Source: Akkermansiaceae bacterium (GTDB lineage Bacteria; Gemmatimonadota; Gemmatimonadetes; Palauibacterales; Palauibacteraceae). From it: a DNA stretch of 64,000 nucleotides. Below are positions 19,746 through 29,442 of the stretch, piece by piece. The stretch spans positions 12,509-76,508 of the forward strand of contig CAXMRU010000183.1 in the NCBI GenBank assembly GCA_964195715.1, given 5' to 3'. Both the position numbers and the translations under genes were made by a program. The notes beneath the pieces were generated by a model, which worked only from the letters and a program-made list of their open reading frames with translations, did not search any database and was not told the DNA's origin. Position 1 is the first letter of the stretch, and each line of letters starts with the position of its first letter.

Positions 19746-21026
19746 TCAGGACAGATCGGCCAGCAACTCGTCCAGGCCGACACTCCGCTCCTCTCCCGTC
19801 TCCATCGTTCGAACCAGGCACTCGCCTCGCTCTACCTCATCGGGGCCCACCACGATCACCCTGGCCGCACCGGCCTGGTGCGCCACCTTGAACTGTCGGG
19901 CCACTCCACGGCTTCGGTAGTCAAAGGCAACCCGGCGACCGCGCCTCCGAAGGGCATGGACGATCCGCAGCGCTTCGGGTAACTGCTCCTCGGAAACGTG
20001 GACCACGAAATCGTCCAGCGCCACGGCAAGATCCGGAATGAGATCTCTGTCGCGCAGAAGCTCGGCGAGCACCACGTCTCCCATACCGAATCCCAATGCC
20101 GGCAACGCAGGCCCTCCGACCGCCTCGAGGAGGTCATCGTATCGGCCACCACCGCAAATCGCCCGGAATCGCCCGCGGCGATCCCATAGCTCGAACACAA
20201 GCCCCGTATAGTAGGCCAGGCCACGCACCAGGCGCACGTCGAATCTAGCAAAACCGCCGAGCCCCGTTGCCTCCAGCTGGGTCTGAAAGCGGCGCAGCCG
20301 TTCCAGGCTCTCAACGACCTCACTCGATCCGCCGAACCGTTGCGCCAACTCCTCCAGATCCACGTCCGCCAGCGCGAGCACCTCGGTCGCCACATCTCGC
20401 GCCACACCCGACTCGGCCAGGCGATCAAGCACCCACTCGCTCGACTCTCGATCGACCTTATCGAGAGCCGCGAACGCTCCGGGAAGCCCGGTCTCCGGAA
20501 CGCCGAGTTCCACGAGAATCCCCGATATCAGGCGCCGATCCGAATAGCGCACCTCGAAGTCCTCTTCGCCCAGTCCGAACTCCCGCAGGACATCGATCGC
20601 TGCGGCGACTACCTCCACATCCGAAGCCACCGACGTCTCGCCGACGATATCGAGATTCAACTGAAAATGCTCGCGAAGCCGTCCCTTTTGAGGCCGCTCA
20701 TGGCGGAACAACTGTGGCACTGAGAACCACTTGATCGGCTTCGCCAACCCCGCTGCCCGGGCTGCCACCATGCGGGCGAACGTGGGCGTCATTTCCGGCC
20801 GCATCGCGACTTCGCGCCCACCCTGGTCAGTGAACGCGTACAGCTGGCCCACGATCTCCTCGCCCGACTTGCGGGTGTAGAGCTCGAGGGATTCGAGAGG
20901 GGGGCCGTCGTACTCGACGAATCCGTAGCGTCTCGCTACTTCCCGCCACGTGCGGATAATGTGCGACCGCAGGGCCATATCGGCCGGATAGAAGTCCCGG
21001 AACCCGGGCAGACTGGACATGTTCAT
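19746..21026 (-). CDS. hisS: Histidine--tRNA ligase
   Basis: HisRS motifs (FRDFYP, RYGFVEYDGPPLE, RHERPQKGR). Likely start MNMSSLPGFRDF. The track ORF extends about 33 codons further upstream. Confidence 0.9.
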   Translation of the reverse strand: MNMSSLPGFRDFYPADMALRSHIIRTWREVARRYGFVEYDGPPLESLELYTRKSGEEIVGQLYAFTDQGGREVAMRPEMTPTFARMVAARAAGLAKPIKWFSVPQLFRHERPQKGRLREHFQLNLDIVGETSVASDVEVVAAAIDVLREFGLGEEDFEVRYSDRRLISGILVELGVPETGLPGAFAALDKVDRESSEWVLDRLAESGVARDVATEVLALADVDLEELAQRFGGSSEVVESLERLRRFQTQLEATGLGGFARFDVRLVRGLAYYTGLVFELWDRRGRFRAICGGGRYDDLLEAVGGPALPALGFGMGDVVLAELLRDRDLIPDLAVALDDFVVHVSEEQLPEALRIVHALRRRGRRVAFDYRSRGVARQFKVAHQAGAARVIVVGPDEVERGECLVRTMETGEERSVGLDELLADLS

Positions 21027-21125
21027 AAGAGGCCAATGTATGCGGCGCCTCAGGAGGGTGGCAACAGAAAGCGCCGGCCTTATGACCGGCGCTCTCTCAC
21101 TTGTATGGGTCCGTCCAGGGATCAC

Positions 21126-21551
21126 TCAGTGGGGCGCGCAGAACCGGTCGTAGGCGCTCTTCAGCTCGTCGGCGATCTCGAAGGCATCCCGGCCCTCGAT
21201 CTGATGCCGCTCCAACATGAACACGTGCTCGCCGTTGCTGAACAGGGCGATCGACGGACTCGACGGGCGGAAGCCTCGAACGTGCTCACGGGCCCGCTCG
21301 GTTGCGTCCACGTCCTGACCCGCAAATACCGTGACGATACGGTCCGGTTGAACCGAGTGCCCGGTAGCAATGGCCACAGCAGGCCGGGCGTTTGCCGCTG
21401 CACAGCCACAAATCGAGTTGATGACGAGCAGCGTCGTGCCCTCGCTGTCGGCGAGAGCGCGATCCACTTCGTCCGGCGTGCTCAACTCCTCCGCACCAAT
21501 ACGAACGAGTTCCTCCCGCATCGGCCGCACGGTCTCCGGATCATACTGCAT
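21126..21551 (-). CDS. Bacilliredoxin-family (YphP/YqiW, DUF1094) thiol-disulfide oxidoreductase
   Basis: About 140 aa with conserved INSICGCAAANARPA (CGC redox motif) and overall BrxA/BrxB similarity. Confidence 0.65.
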   Translation of the reverse strand: MQYDPETVRPMREELVRIGAEELSTPDEVDRALADSEGTTLLVINSICGCAAANARPAVAIATGHSVQPDRIVTVFAGQDVDATERAREHVRGFRPSSPSIALFSNGEHVFMLERHQIEGRDAFEIADELKSAYDRFCAPH

Positions 21552-21555
21552 ATGC

Positions 21556-22887
21556 TCACTCCTCTTCGGTCGAACCCAGGATAAGTGCTCTGGCATCGCC
21601 CACGGTGTGGGCGGACCCGGTGACGACTACCGTTCCGGCACCAGCGAGTTCCCTCGCCCGCTCGAGAGCCCGCGCGAACTCGGGCTCGATCTCCACGTTC
21701 CGCCCCCCAGTTGCCTCGAGAGCCTCTTCGGGCCTCCAGCGTCTTTCCGGCGGCGACGACGGTGCGACCGTGAACACGCTGGTCCGGGCCGACGAGAGAA
21801 GGGGTCCGAGCATCTCCGGCCACGGTTTGTCCCCGAGGATCGCGACGAGCAGTATCAGCGGTTCAGGGAGGGCCGCAGTTGCGAGAAGCTCCGCCAGGTT
21901 CGTGGCAGCCGCCACGTTATGCGCGATGTCGAGCACCCAGGTGCCCCCGTCGGCCGACAAGATTTCGAACCGTCCGGGCCAGCGGACCGCCGCCAGCCCC
22001 TGTGCAACGTGCTCATGGGTTACCCCGGGGTCGAACCACTCGAGCGCCCGGATGGCGAGCGAGGCGTTCCTCGCCTGGTGGCCGCCCACGAGCGGGGTCT
22101 GGCTCCTGAGCCCGCTGATGCCGCCAGTCGATCGATATGTGAAGGTTGTGCCTGTCCGGTCGACGACCACATCCTCGACCGAGAAGTCATCCCCCAGCGT
22201 ATCGACGGGCGCCCCGAGGTGCTCGGCCCTCGCCGCCACGATCTGTTTCGGCCCTTCGGAGAGGGGGCCCGACACCAGTGGCACTCCGTGCTTCAGGATG
22301 CCCGCCTTCTCGGCTGCGATTTCCTCCAGTGTGTCCCCGAGATACTCGGAGTGATCGAGGTCCACCGACGTGATCACCGTCACCCGGGGGGTCACCACAT
22401 TCGTGGCGTCGAGCCGACCACCGAGCCCCACCTCCACGACGACGGTCCGGCACCCGGCCCGCCGAAAAGCCTCGAATGCAAGCACGGTAGTCGACTCGAA
22501 GAACGTCGCCTCCTCCCTCTCGGCCAGAGGAAGTACGTCCCTCGCGCAATCCTCCAGCAGCTCCAGATCGGCCAGTGCACCACCGATACGGATTCTCTCG
22601 GCGAACACTCTTAGATGCGGGGAAGTATACAGGCCGGTGAACCGTCCGCTTGCGCGGAGTATCGAGTCGGCGTGCGCGGCCGTCGACCCCTTGCCGTTCG
22701 TACCGCCGATGTGGATAAAATCCAGATCCCGGTGCGGATCGCCGAGCGAATGAAGCATCGACCGTGTCCTGTCGAGACCCCAGAGGATACGGTGCGCCGG
22801 CCGGCGCTCTAGCAGGCGTGTCAGGGCAGAGGACAATGGACTTGCCGCGGCAGGGCGCTCCTCCGATGGGAGAGCCGGCAGCGTCAA
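21556..22887 (-). CDS. folC: Dihydrofolate synthase / folylpolyglutamate synthase
   Basis: Mur ligase family with P-loop IHIGGTNGKGST and FolC-type organisation; 443 aa. The start overlaps the accD stop. Confidence 0.85.
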   Translation of the reverse strand: MTLPALPSEERPAAASPLSSALTRLLERRPAHRILWGLDRTRSMLHSLGDPHRDLDFIHIGGTNGKGSTAAHADSILRASGRFTGLYTSPHLRVFAERIRIGGALADLELLEDCARDVLPLAEREEATFFESTTVLAFEAFRRAGCRTVVVEVGLGGRLDATNVVTPRVTVITSVDLDHSEYLGDTLEEIAAEKAGILKHGVPLVSGPLSEGPKQIVAARAEHLGAPVDTLGDDFSVEDVVVDRTGTTFTYRSTGGISGLRSQTPLVGGHQARNASLAIRALEWFDPGVTHEHVAQGLAAVRWPGRFEILSADGGTWVLDIAHNVAAATNLAELLATAALPEPLILLVAILGDKPWPEMLGPLLSSARTSVFTVAPSSPPERRWRPEEALEATGGRNVEIEPEFARALERARELAGAGTVVVTGSAHTVGDARALILGSTEEE

Positions 22888-23717
22888 CTCATGTGATGCA
22901 GGAGGAGCGCGACGGTCCCACGCATCTCTCCGCGAGGCACGATCCGATCCACCATGCCATGCTCCTCAAGGAATTCGGATCGCTGAAATCCATCCGGGAG
23001 AACCTGGCGGATGGTCTCCTTGATCACCCGGGGTCCGGCGAACCCGATCAGGGCACCCGGCTCCGCCAGGTTCACATCGCCGAGCATCGCGAAACTGGCC
23101 GTCACTCCGCCCGTGGTGGGATGCGTCAGTATGCTGATGTACGGAAGGCCCGCCCGGGCGAGGCGATGCAGGGCCGCGGACGTCTTGGCCAGCTGCATCA
23201 GCGAGAAGATTCCCTCCTGCATGCGGGCACCACCCGAGGCAGACACGATCAGCACGGGACAGGCACGGTCTACACCTTGCTCGACCATGCGGGCAATCTT
23301 CTCGCCAACCACCGAGCCCATCGAACCGCCGATGAAACCGAAGTCCATCACTCCCGCGCACACCTCGCGTCCTTCGATCCGGCCGACTCCGGTAAGCACG
23401 GCGTCGTACCCTCCGACCTTTCTCTCCGCCTGAGTGACGCGGACGGGATAAGGCTTGGAATCCACAAATCCCAGCGGATCCGCCGATCGCATAGTCGGAT
23501 CGAATTCCTCGACCAGGCCTTCATCGAACAGCAGATCCACGTACTCGGGGGCCGAAACCCGGAAGTGGTGGCCACACTCCGGGCAGACCCCCCGATTCTC
23601 AGCAAGACGCCTCGTGTACAGAATCTCCCCGCAGCCGTCGCATTTCTCCCATACGTCGGCGGCGAGCTCTCGCTTCTGAGCAACGAGCTTCTGCTTCTCT
23701 TTGCGGAACCAGGCCAT
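22884..23717 (-). CDS. accD: Acetyl-CoA carboxylase carboxyltransferase subunit beta
   Basis: N-terminal zinc ribbon CDGCGE...CPECGHH followed by a carboxyltransferase domain. Confidence 0.9.
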   Translation of the reverse strand: MAWFRKEKQKLVAQKRELAADVWEKCDGCGEILYTRRLAENRGVCPECGHHFRVSAPEYVDLLFDEGLVEEFDPTMRSADPLGFVDSKPYPVRVTQAERKVGGYDAVLTGVGRIEGREVCAGVMDFGFIGGSMGSVVGEKIARMVEQGVDRACPVLIVSASGGARMQEGIFSLMQLAKTSAALHRLARAGLPYISILTHPTTGGVTASFAMLGDVNLAEPGALIGFAGPRVIKETIRQVLPDGFQRSEFLEEHGMVDRIVPRGEMRGTVALLLHHMS

Positions 23718-23810
23718 TCTTCCTCGCTCTGACGATGAGTTGCGCGAGCCGGAATATAACGGGATATGCGCGTACCGCGAACCCCTGCGGGAAGCGGTGC
23801 GGGAGGATGC

Positions 23811-25037
23811 TCAGTTCTCGTAGGCGACCCGGCACACGAGGCCTACGCCGACGAAAGTGGTGAGGAGGAACGAACCACCATAGCTGATGAAGGGTAGCGG
23901 CAGACCGGTTACCGGCATCAGGCCCACCGTCATCCCGATGTTGATGAAGAGATGACCGAACCAGACTGCGAAGAAACAGAACGCGATCATACTCCCGAAG
24001 CCCTGGGAGGACTCGGCCGCTGCCACCCTTAGCACACGCCGCAGGAACCACGCGAGCAGGGCGAGGAACGCCAGGACCCCAATCAGCCCCAGCTCTTCAC
24101 CCACGACCGAGAATATGAAGTCCGTATGCTGTTCGGGAAGGAAGGCCAGCCTCTTCTGCGGCCCGTTCCCGAAGCCCTGTCCAGTCACTCCGCCCGACCC
24201 GATGGCCACCTTCGATTGGATCAGATGCCAGCCCGCCCCCCGCGGATCGATGTCCGGATCAAGGAACACGAGCAGTCTTCGCTGCTGGTAGGGGGCCAAC
24301 CGGTTCCATAGCGGTGTCGCGAGCGCACCGGTGGCGAGGTTCGCGAGAGCCACCGCAACCGCCTCTGCCATGAACGGGCGGCGCAGGTACAGGGCCACGA
24401 TTACCACTACGAACCACACCCCCCACACGGCGGCCGAGAAGCCGAGGATCAGGCTGACACCCGGGCTGACCAGCAGGAAGATCGTGAACAGGGGAATCCC
24501 GGCCCAGAACAGCGCGCTGACCAGGATGATGACGAAAACCAGTGCACTCCCCAGGTCGGGCTGCGCCATCACAAGGAGGAACGGAGCGACGACAACCAGA
24601 ACCGGTTGCCAGAGATCGAACAGCCGCGTTTGGGGTTCCTTTCTCGAGCCGAGCAGGCGTGCCAACAGCAGGATCGTCGCCAGCTTCGCGAGCTCGGCCG
24701 GCTGGAACGAGAATCCGGCGAGCCGCAGCCAGCTCCGTGTGTTGGGGCCGGTGCCGACCACGAGCACAGCGATCAGGAGTACGATCGAAACAGCGTATAT
24801 CCACGGAGTCGCCCATTCGAGCCAACGCATGGGAATCCGCGTCACAACAGCGAACGCGACGATCGAAAGGCACAGCCACACCAGCTGGCGACGCCAGGCC
24901 CCCGTGACCGCGGAGGGAAGATCGACTTGGCCAGCGGACCAGATCATTCCGACTCCAAGACACGCGAGAAGCAAGGCTACTCCCAGGAGAACGGGATCGC
25001 CCAGCCCGCCAAGCAGCGCCGCGCGGTCTCTCTTCAC
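23811..25037 (-). CDS. rodA: SEDS-family peptidoglycan glycosyltransferase RodA
   Basis: 408-aa polytopic membrane protein of the FtsW/RodA/SpoVE family. Its position 3' of mrdA marks it as RodA. Confidence 0.85.
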   Translation of the reverse strand: MKRDRAALLGGLGDPVLLGVALLLACLGVGMIWSAGQVDLPSAVTGAWRRQLVWLCLSIVAFAVVTRIPMRWLEWATPWIYAVSIVLLIAVLVVGTGPNTRSWLRLAGFSFQPAELAKLATILLLARLLGSRKEPQTRLFDLWQPVLVVVAPFLLVMAQPDLGSALVFVIILVSALFWAGIPLFTIFLLVSPGVSLILGFSAAVWGVWFVVVIVALYLRRPFMAEAVAVALANLATGALATPLWNRLAPYQQRRLLVFLDPDIDPRGAGWHLIQSKVAIGSGGVTGQGFGNGPQKRLAFLPEQHTDFIFSVVGEELGLIGVLAFLALLAWFLRRVLRVAAAESSQGFGSMIAFCFFAVWFGHLFINIGMTVGLMPVTGLPLPFISYGGSFLLTTFVGVGLVCRVAYEN

Positions 25038-26890
25038 TGCCCGATGCCTCCGTTCCCGGGAGGAGCACCCTCCAGCGAGACGTGCGGAACGGCTTCGACC
25101 TGACGATCGGGCGGGACGCCTTCATTCCTCAAATATCGTGAAACCACCTGTGAGGCGAACGGAACAGCGCGAGATGTCTGATTGTCGGGGTGCCCGCTCT
25201 CCACGATCGCAACGATCACGATCCGCGGGTCATGAGCCGGAGCGAATCCGACGAACCAGGAGTGCGGTTCCCCATGCGGGTTCTGGGAGGTACCGGTCTT
25301 CCCCGCCAGGGTCCACTCGGGCAGCCGGTGCCAGTATGCGGTCCCGCCGGGCTCGTTGACGACTCTCGTCATGGCAGACACCAGCTCCATTCTCCGAGGC
25401 TCGGGAAGACCCGTCGACCACTCCTCTCGCACACCCTCCAGGACCTCGGACTGCAGCAAGTGGGGAACCACTGGTGAGCGGCCTGTCGCCAGGGCCGAAT
25501 AGAACTGGGCCAAACGAATCAGAGACTGTTCGGTCTCTCCCTGTCCGATCGACAGATTCAGCACTACGGATTCCGTCCACCCCCGTCGTCCGAACGTCCG
25601 ATCGTACCAGGCCCGAGAGGGAGGAAACCGGCTCGAGATCTCGCCGGGTAGATCGATGCCCGTCGCCCGGTTGAATCCGAGCCCGTCCACACCGGCCAGG
25701 AACGCGTCCAGCCCCAGGCGCAGACCCAGCTGATAGAAGAAGACGTTACAGCTCTGCTTGATCGCACCTGACAGGTCTAGCGGGCCGTGCCCCTCAGGCT
25801 TCCAGCAACGGAATGCTCTCCGCCCGAACTGGAGCGCTCCCCTGCAGGAGCTCGGCATGTAGGAGTCGATCCCGACGGTGCCCTCCCGCAGCGAGAGCGT
25901 GGCCAGAACCAGCTTCCACGTCGAGCCTGGCGGGTACAGCGCCGAGACCACTCTGTTCAGGATGGGCTGCGCCGGATCGTCTCTGATTCCGGCCCAGTCC
26001 GATGCGGATATCCCTCCAATGAACAGGTTGGGATCAAAACTCGGATGGCTGTACAGCAGCAACACCTCTCCCGTACGCGGATCCAGGGCCACAGCTCCCC
26101 CCCGATACCCCTCCGGAAAGATGGAATCGGCGAATTGCTGGAGGTCCAGGTCCAGGGTGAGAGTGATGTCACTTCCCGCCTGCGCTGATCGAGCCCGGTC
26201 GGACTGAAACTCGCGCACGATTGAACCCCGGGCATTGACCTCCACATATCGCGTACCGGCGGAACCCGCCAGCACGTGCTCGTAACGGCGCTCGATTCCC
26301 TGCTTCCCGACGATCCGACCAGCTTCATACTCCACGAACTCGTCACTGTCGAGCTCGGGCCGGCTGATCTCTCCCAGATACCCGATCACATGGGCGGTAA
26401 CGGATCCTGCCGGGTATCGACGCCTCGGATGCGTCTCGATAACCACCAGCCGGAATTCGGGCCGCCGCTCCTCGACCGCGGCCACCCGCTCGAACGTAAG
26501 ATCGTCCCTCACCAGCACCGGCAACTGGGGCTGTCGGCGCCGGCGCTCGAGAATGGCCTCGATTTCTTCGGGCTTCAGACCGAGATAGGGCGCCAGTCGG
26601 TCAAGCGTCGCCCGCGCAGAATCGGGAGGCGCCGGCAAGAGCGACAGCGAGTAGCCGGGAATGCTCTCTGCCAGCAGCTCGCCATGCCGATCGTAGATGG
26701 CTCCGCGAGCTGCAGGGATGGGAATCGGCCGGAGCCGATTGTTGCGCGACTGGAGCTCATAGGCACCGCCGCCCTGGACCTGAAGACGGAAGAACGCGCC
26801 GGCTAGCACGACCATCACGACGATGAGAAGAACGCCCGCCGCGCGGGCGCGACGAACCCGACTGAGCCGGGTGGCCTCCCCGTCCGTCAT
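25034..26890 (-). CDS. mrdA: Penicillin-binding protein 2 (peptidoglycan D,D-transpeptidase)
   Basis: N-terminal TM, PBP dimerisation domain, and a transpeptidase domain with STWK, SSC and KTGT motifs. Confidence 0.9.
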   Translation of the reverse strand: MTDGEATRLSRVRRARAAGVLLIVVMVVLAGAFFRLQVQGGGAYELQSRNNRLRPIPIPAARGAIYDRHGELLAESIPGYSLSLLPAPPDSARATLDRLAPYLGLKPEEIEAILERRRRQPQLPVLVRDDLTFERVAAVEERRPEFRLVVIETHPRRRYPAGSVTAHVIGYLGEISRPELDSDEFVEYEAGRIVGKQGIERRYEHVLAGSAGTRYVEVNARGSIVREFQSDRARSAQAGSDITLTLDLDLQQFADSIFPEGYRGGAVALDPRTGEVLLLYSHPSFDPNLFIGGISASDWAGIRDDPAQPILNRVVSALYPPGSTWKLVLATLSLREGTVGIDSYMPSSCRGALQFGRRAFRCWKPEGHGPLDLSGAIKQSCNVFFYQLGLRLGLDAFLAGVDGLGFNRATGIDLPGEISSRFPPSRAWYDRTFGRRGWTESVVLNLSIGQGETEQSLIRLAQFYSALATGRSPVVPHLLQSEVLEGVREEWSTGLPEPRRMELVSAMTRVVNEPGGTAYWHRLPEWTLAGKTGTSQNPHGEPHSWFVGFAPAHDPRIVIVAIVESGHPDNQTSRAVPFASQVVSRYLRNEGVPPDRQVEAVPHVSLEGAPPGNGGIGQ

Positions 26891-26897
26891 GCGGCCA

Positions 26898-27377
26898 TCA
26901 CAGGCGTCGGACAGCCGCTACGAGGGACTCCGCCGTACCGCATACCAGAGCCGTACCCGCGGCGCTGATCGGAGCCGCGACGAGAGCAGCCAGCAGGCCA
27001 GGACCGCCCGGCATGGCGAGCATGAGAATCAGCTCTGCGATCCACGTTCCGGCGAACACGGAAATGGGTACGAAGTAGCGTGCGTCGGCAAATAGAAGGT
27101 CTCTGGATCGTGCAGCCAGATACCCCACGATCGTGAGCACGAGTGAGATCGTCCCCAAACCCTCGAGACCCATCGCGGCCTCTAGCACGCCGAGGGTGAA
27201 TCCCAGAAACGCCGCGTAGCCGGCGCGGATGCGGAGCGCCGCCAGCAGAAGACCTCCGATCAGGAGATTCGGCATCGCCGGCCAGCGAACGAAGAATCCG
27301 TACAGCGTAAAGTGGAGCAGGATGAGCACGACCACCAGAATCGTGTCCGGGCTCACTCCGCGCCTAACGCCCTCCAC
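26898..27377 (-). CDS. mreD: Rod shape-determining protein MreD
   Basis: Small polytopic membrane protein between mreC and mrdA. Start uncertain: GTG at ~27377 or ~27356. The track ORF to 27512 is over-extended. Confidence 0.55.
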   Translation of the reverse strand: MEGVRRGVSPDTILVVVLILLHFTLYGFFVRWPAMPNLLIGGLLLAALRIRAGYAAFLGFTLGVLEAAMGLEGLGTISLVLTIVGYLAARSRDLLFADARYFVPISVFAGTWIAELILMLAMPGGPGLLAALVAAPISAAGTALVCGTAESLVAAVRRL

Positions 27378-28266
27378 CGGAGCCCTCCTTCTGCGCTCCC
27401 TCGGCTGACACGGCCGAGTCGGTTGTATCCGCAGGAATGTCAGATTCCTCGGTCGCCGAACGTTGCCACGCGGTCGCCGCCCGCACGGCGCCCGGTCGGA
27501 CTGCGGGCTCAACGAGGTAGCTGTGGGACCAGCCGGACCGGGATGCAGACTCCTCGATCACAGTGCCGACACGGATGCCGGCTGGAAAGACGCCGCCGAG
27601 GCCGGCCGTCTCCACCAAGGCCCCCTCGGCCATTCTCGCCTGATAGGGAACCCCTTCCACGAGCATGAGAGACTCGCCATCCGGACCCATGAACGACCGG
27701 ATGATCCCCGTCGCATCCCCCACCGCGGACCGCACGCTCGCACGAAAGTCCGGGTGGGTCCAGAATTCTCCGAGCCCGGTGCCTCCCGAGGTCGACCGAA
27801 GCACGCCGACCAGACCGGAGGGGATGCTCACTCCCGTCGGGGTCTCGATCTCCCTGAGTAAGGGACTGCGGAGCAGGAAGGTGTGGGAATCGCCTACTGA
27901 TGGCCGGCCGGGAATGAGCTCCGCGACGACGAAACTGCCGGTCCACCGACCCGAAAGGCCGAGCTGCTGTCGGAGATCACGATTCTCACGCTCGAGGTCC
28001 GTCGCTATCTGCAACCTCACGTAGAGTGAGTCGCGCTCGGCCTCCAGCAGGGTCGTCCGGCGGGCCAGGCCGGCGCGCCTCTCGTACTCGGCATCCGCGG
28101 CCAGAAACGGTGCCAGAACGGTAGCGCGAAGGGGTCGGGTGAGACCAAGGATCTGCGAAGAATCCAAGCCCGTGAGGGACCAGGAGGAGATCAGAAGAAC
28201 CGTGACGATGACGAGGTCACGTCGCTGGTTCTCGGGCCGGCCGACGTCGAAATGCCGCAACGCCAC
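27364..28266 (-). CDS. mreC: Rod shape-determining protein MreC
   Basis: N-terminal TM plus a coiled-coil (LEAERDSLYVRLQIATDLERENRDLRQQL) and beta-rich MreC domain. Likely GTG start ~28266, 2 nt after the mreB stop. Confidence 0.8.
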   Translation of the reverse strand: MALRHFDVGRPENQRRDLVIVTVLLISSWSLTGLDSSQILGLTRPLRATVLAPFLAADAEYERRAGLARRTTLLEAERDSLYVRLQIATDLERENRDLRQQLGLSGRWTGSFVVAELIPGRPSVGDSHTFLLRSPLLREIETPTGVSIPSGLVGVLRSTSGGTGLGEFWTHPDFRASVRSAVGDATGIIRSFMGPDGESLMLVEGVPYQARMAEGALVETAGLGGVFPAGIRVGTVIEESASRSGWSHSYLVEPAVRPGAVRAATAWQRSATEESDIPADTTDSAVSAEGAQKEGSGGGR

Positions 28267-28267
28267 C

Positions 28268-29302
28268 TCAGGTGGTAAGCACGCTCCGATAGCGCGGGAT
28301 GTCGTCCAGTATGCGGCCGGTTCCCCTGACCACACACGTCAAAGGTTCCTCGTCCACGTGGATGGGCAGCCCCGTTTCCTCCCTCAGGAGCATGTCCAGC
28401 CCTCGGATGAGTGATCCACCGCCCGTCATCACGATACCTCGATCGACGATGTCGGCGGCGAGTTCCGGCGGTGTGATCTCGAGAGCCCTGCGGACTGCCC
28501 CGACGATCTGCTGGATCGGCTCCAGTATGCACTCTCGGACCTCGGCAGAGTTAACCCTCACCGTCTTCGGAATACCCGAGACGAGGTCCCTTCCCTTCAC
28601 ACCCATGTCCCGCTCTTCCTCGGTCGGGTAGGCGGAGCCGATCTGGATCTTGATCGCCTCGGCCGTCGGCTCCCCGATGAGGAGGTTGTAGTTCTTGCGC
28701 AGGAACGACACGATTGCTTCGTCCAGCTCGTCTCCGCCTACCCTGATGGACGTCTCGGCTACGAGACCCGAAAGCGCGATCACCGCGATCTCCGTGGTTC
28801 CGCCTCCCACGTCGATTACCATGTTTCCGGTCGGGGTTTCTACAGGCAGGCCAACACCGATCGCGGCCGCCATGGGCTCCGAAACCATGTACACTTCCTT
28901 GGCGCCTGCTGCGTGAGCGCTCGACCGCACCGCCCGGCGCTCCAGCTCAGTAATCCCGGAAGGAACACCGACTACGACCCTCGGACGCACCTTGAACACC
29001 CGGTCGGCGCTTACGGTCTTGAGAAAGTAGCGGAGCATGATCTCGGTGACGTCCACATCCGCGATCACTCCGTCCTTCAACGGGCGAACCGCCTCGACTC
29101 CCTGCGGAGTGCGACCCAGCATGCGCTTGGCCTCGAGCCCGATGCCCATGATCCGACCCGTGCTTTTCTCTACGGCCACGACGGAAGGCTCATTCAGCAC
29201 GATCCCTTCGCCCGCGACGTACACCAGCGTATTCGCAGTACCGAGATCTACCCCCACGTCGTTGATCGGGAGGAAGCTACCCCTGATAAGACGTTTCCAC
29301 AT
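28268..29302 (-). CDS. mreB: Rod shape-determining actin homologue MreB
   Basis: 344-aa actin-fold ATPase with near-full-length MreB similarity (DLGTANTLVYV, DVGGGTTE). Confidence 0.95.
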   Translation of the reverse strand: MWKRLIRGSFLPINDVGVDLGTANTLVYVAGEGIVLNEPSVVAVEKSTGRIMGIGLEAKRMLGRTPQGVEAVRPLKDGVIADVDVTEIMLRYFLKTVSADRVFKVRPRVVVGVPSGITELERRAVRSSAHAAGAKEVYMVSEPMAAAIGVGLPVETPTGNMVIDVGGGTTEIAVIALSGLVAETSIRVGGDELDEAIVSFLRKNYNLLIGEPTAEAIKIQIGSAYPTEEERDMGVKGRDLVSGIPKTVRVNSAEVRECILEPIQQIVGAVRRALEITPPELAADIVDRGIVMTGGGSLIRGLDMLLREETGLPIHVDEEPLTCVVRGTGRILDDIPRYRSVLTT

Positions 29303-29412
29303 CGCCTGTTCCGTTCAGGATCAACTGGAGAATCGGACCCGTACGAGCACATTTCAGCAGCCTGACCTGCAAGGGTCGGGCCACGGGTTGGGGAATGTAG
29401 ACTCCGTGTTTA

Positions 29413-29438
29413 CGCGACGAAAGGCGGGGCCCCGCCCG
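29413..29438 (-). terminator. Putative intrinsic terminator downstream of ald
   Basis: On the minus strand: GGCGGGG-C-CCCCGCC hairpin followed by TTTCGTCGCG, a few nt after the ald stop. Confidence 0.3.
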
Positions 29439-29442
29439 AGGG

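Noticed and set aside
24259-25359. 288-aa (-) and 342-aa (+) ORFs over rodA/mrdA
   Set aside because: Alternative frames of well-supported rodA/mrdA. Low-complexity Arg/Pro-rich.
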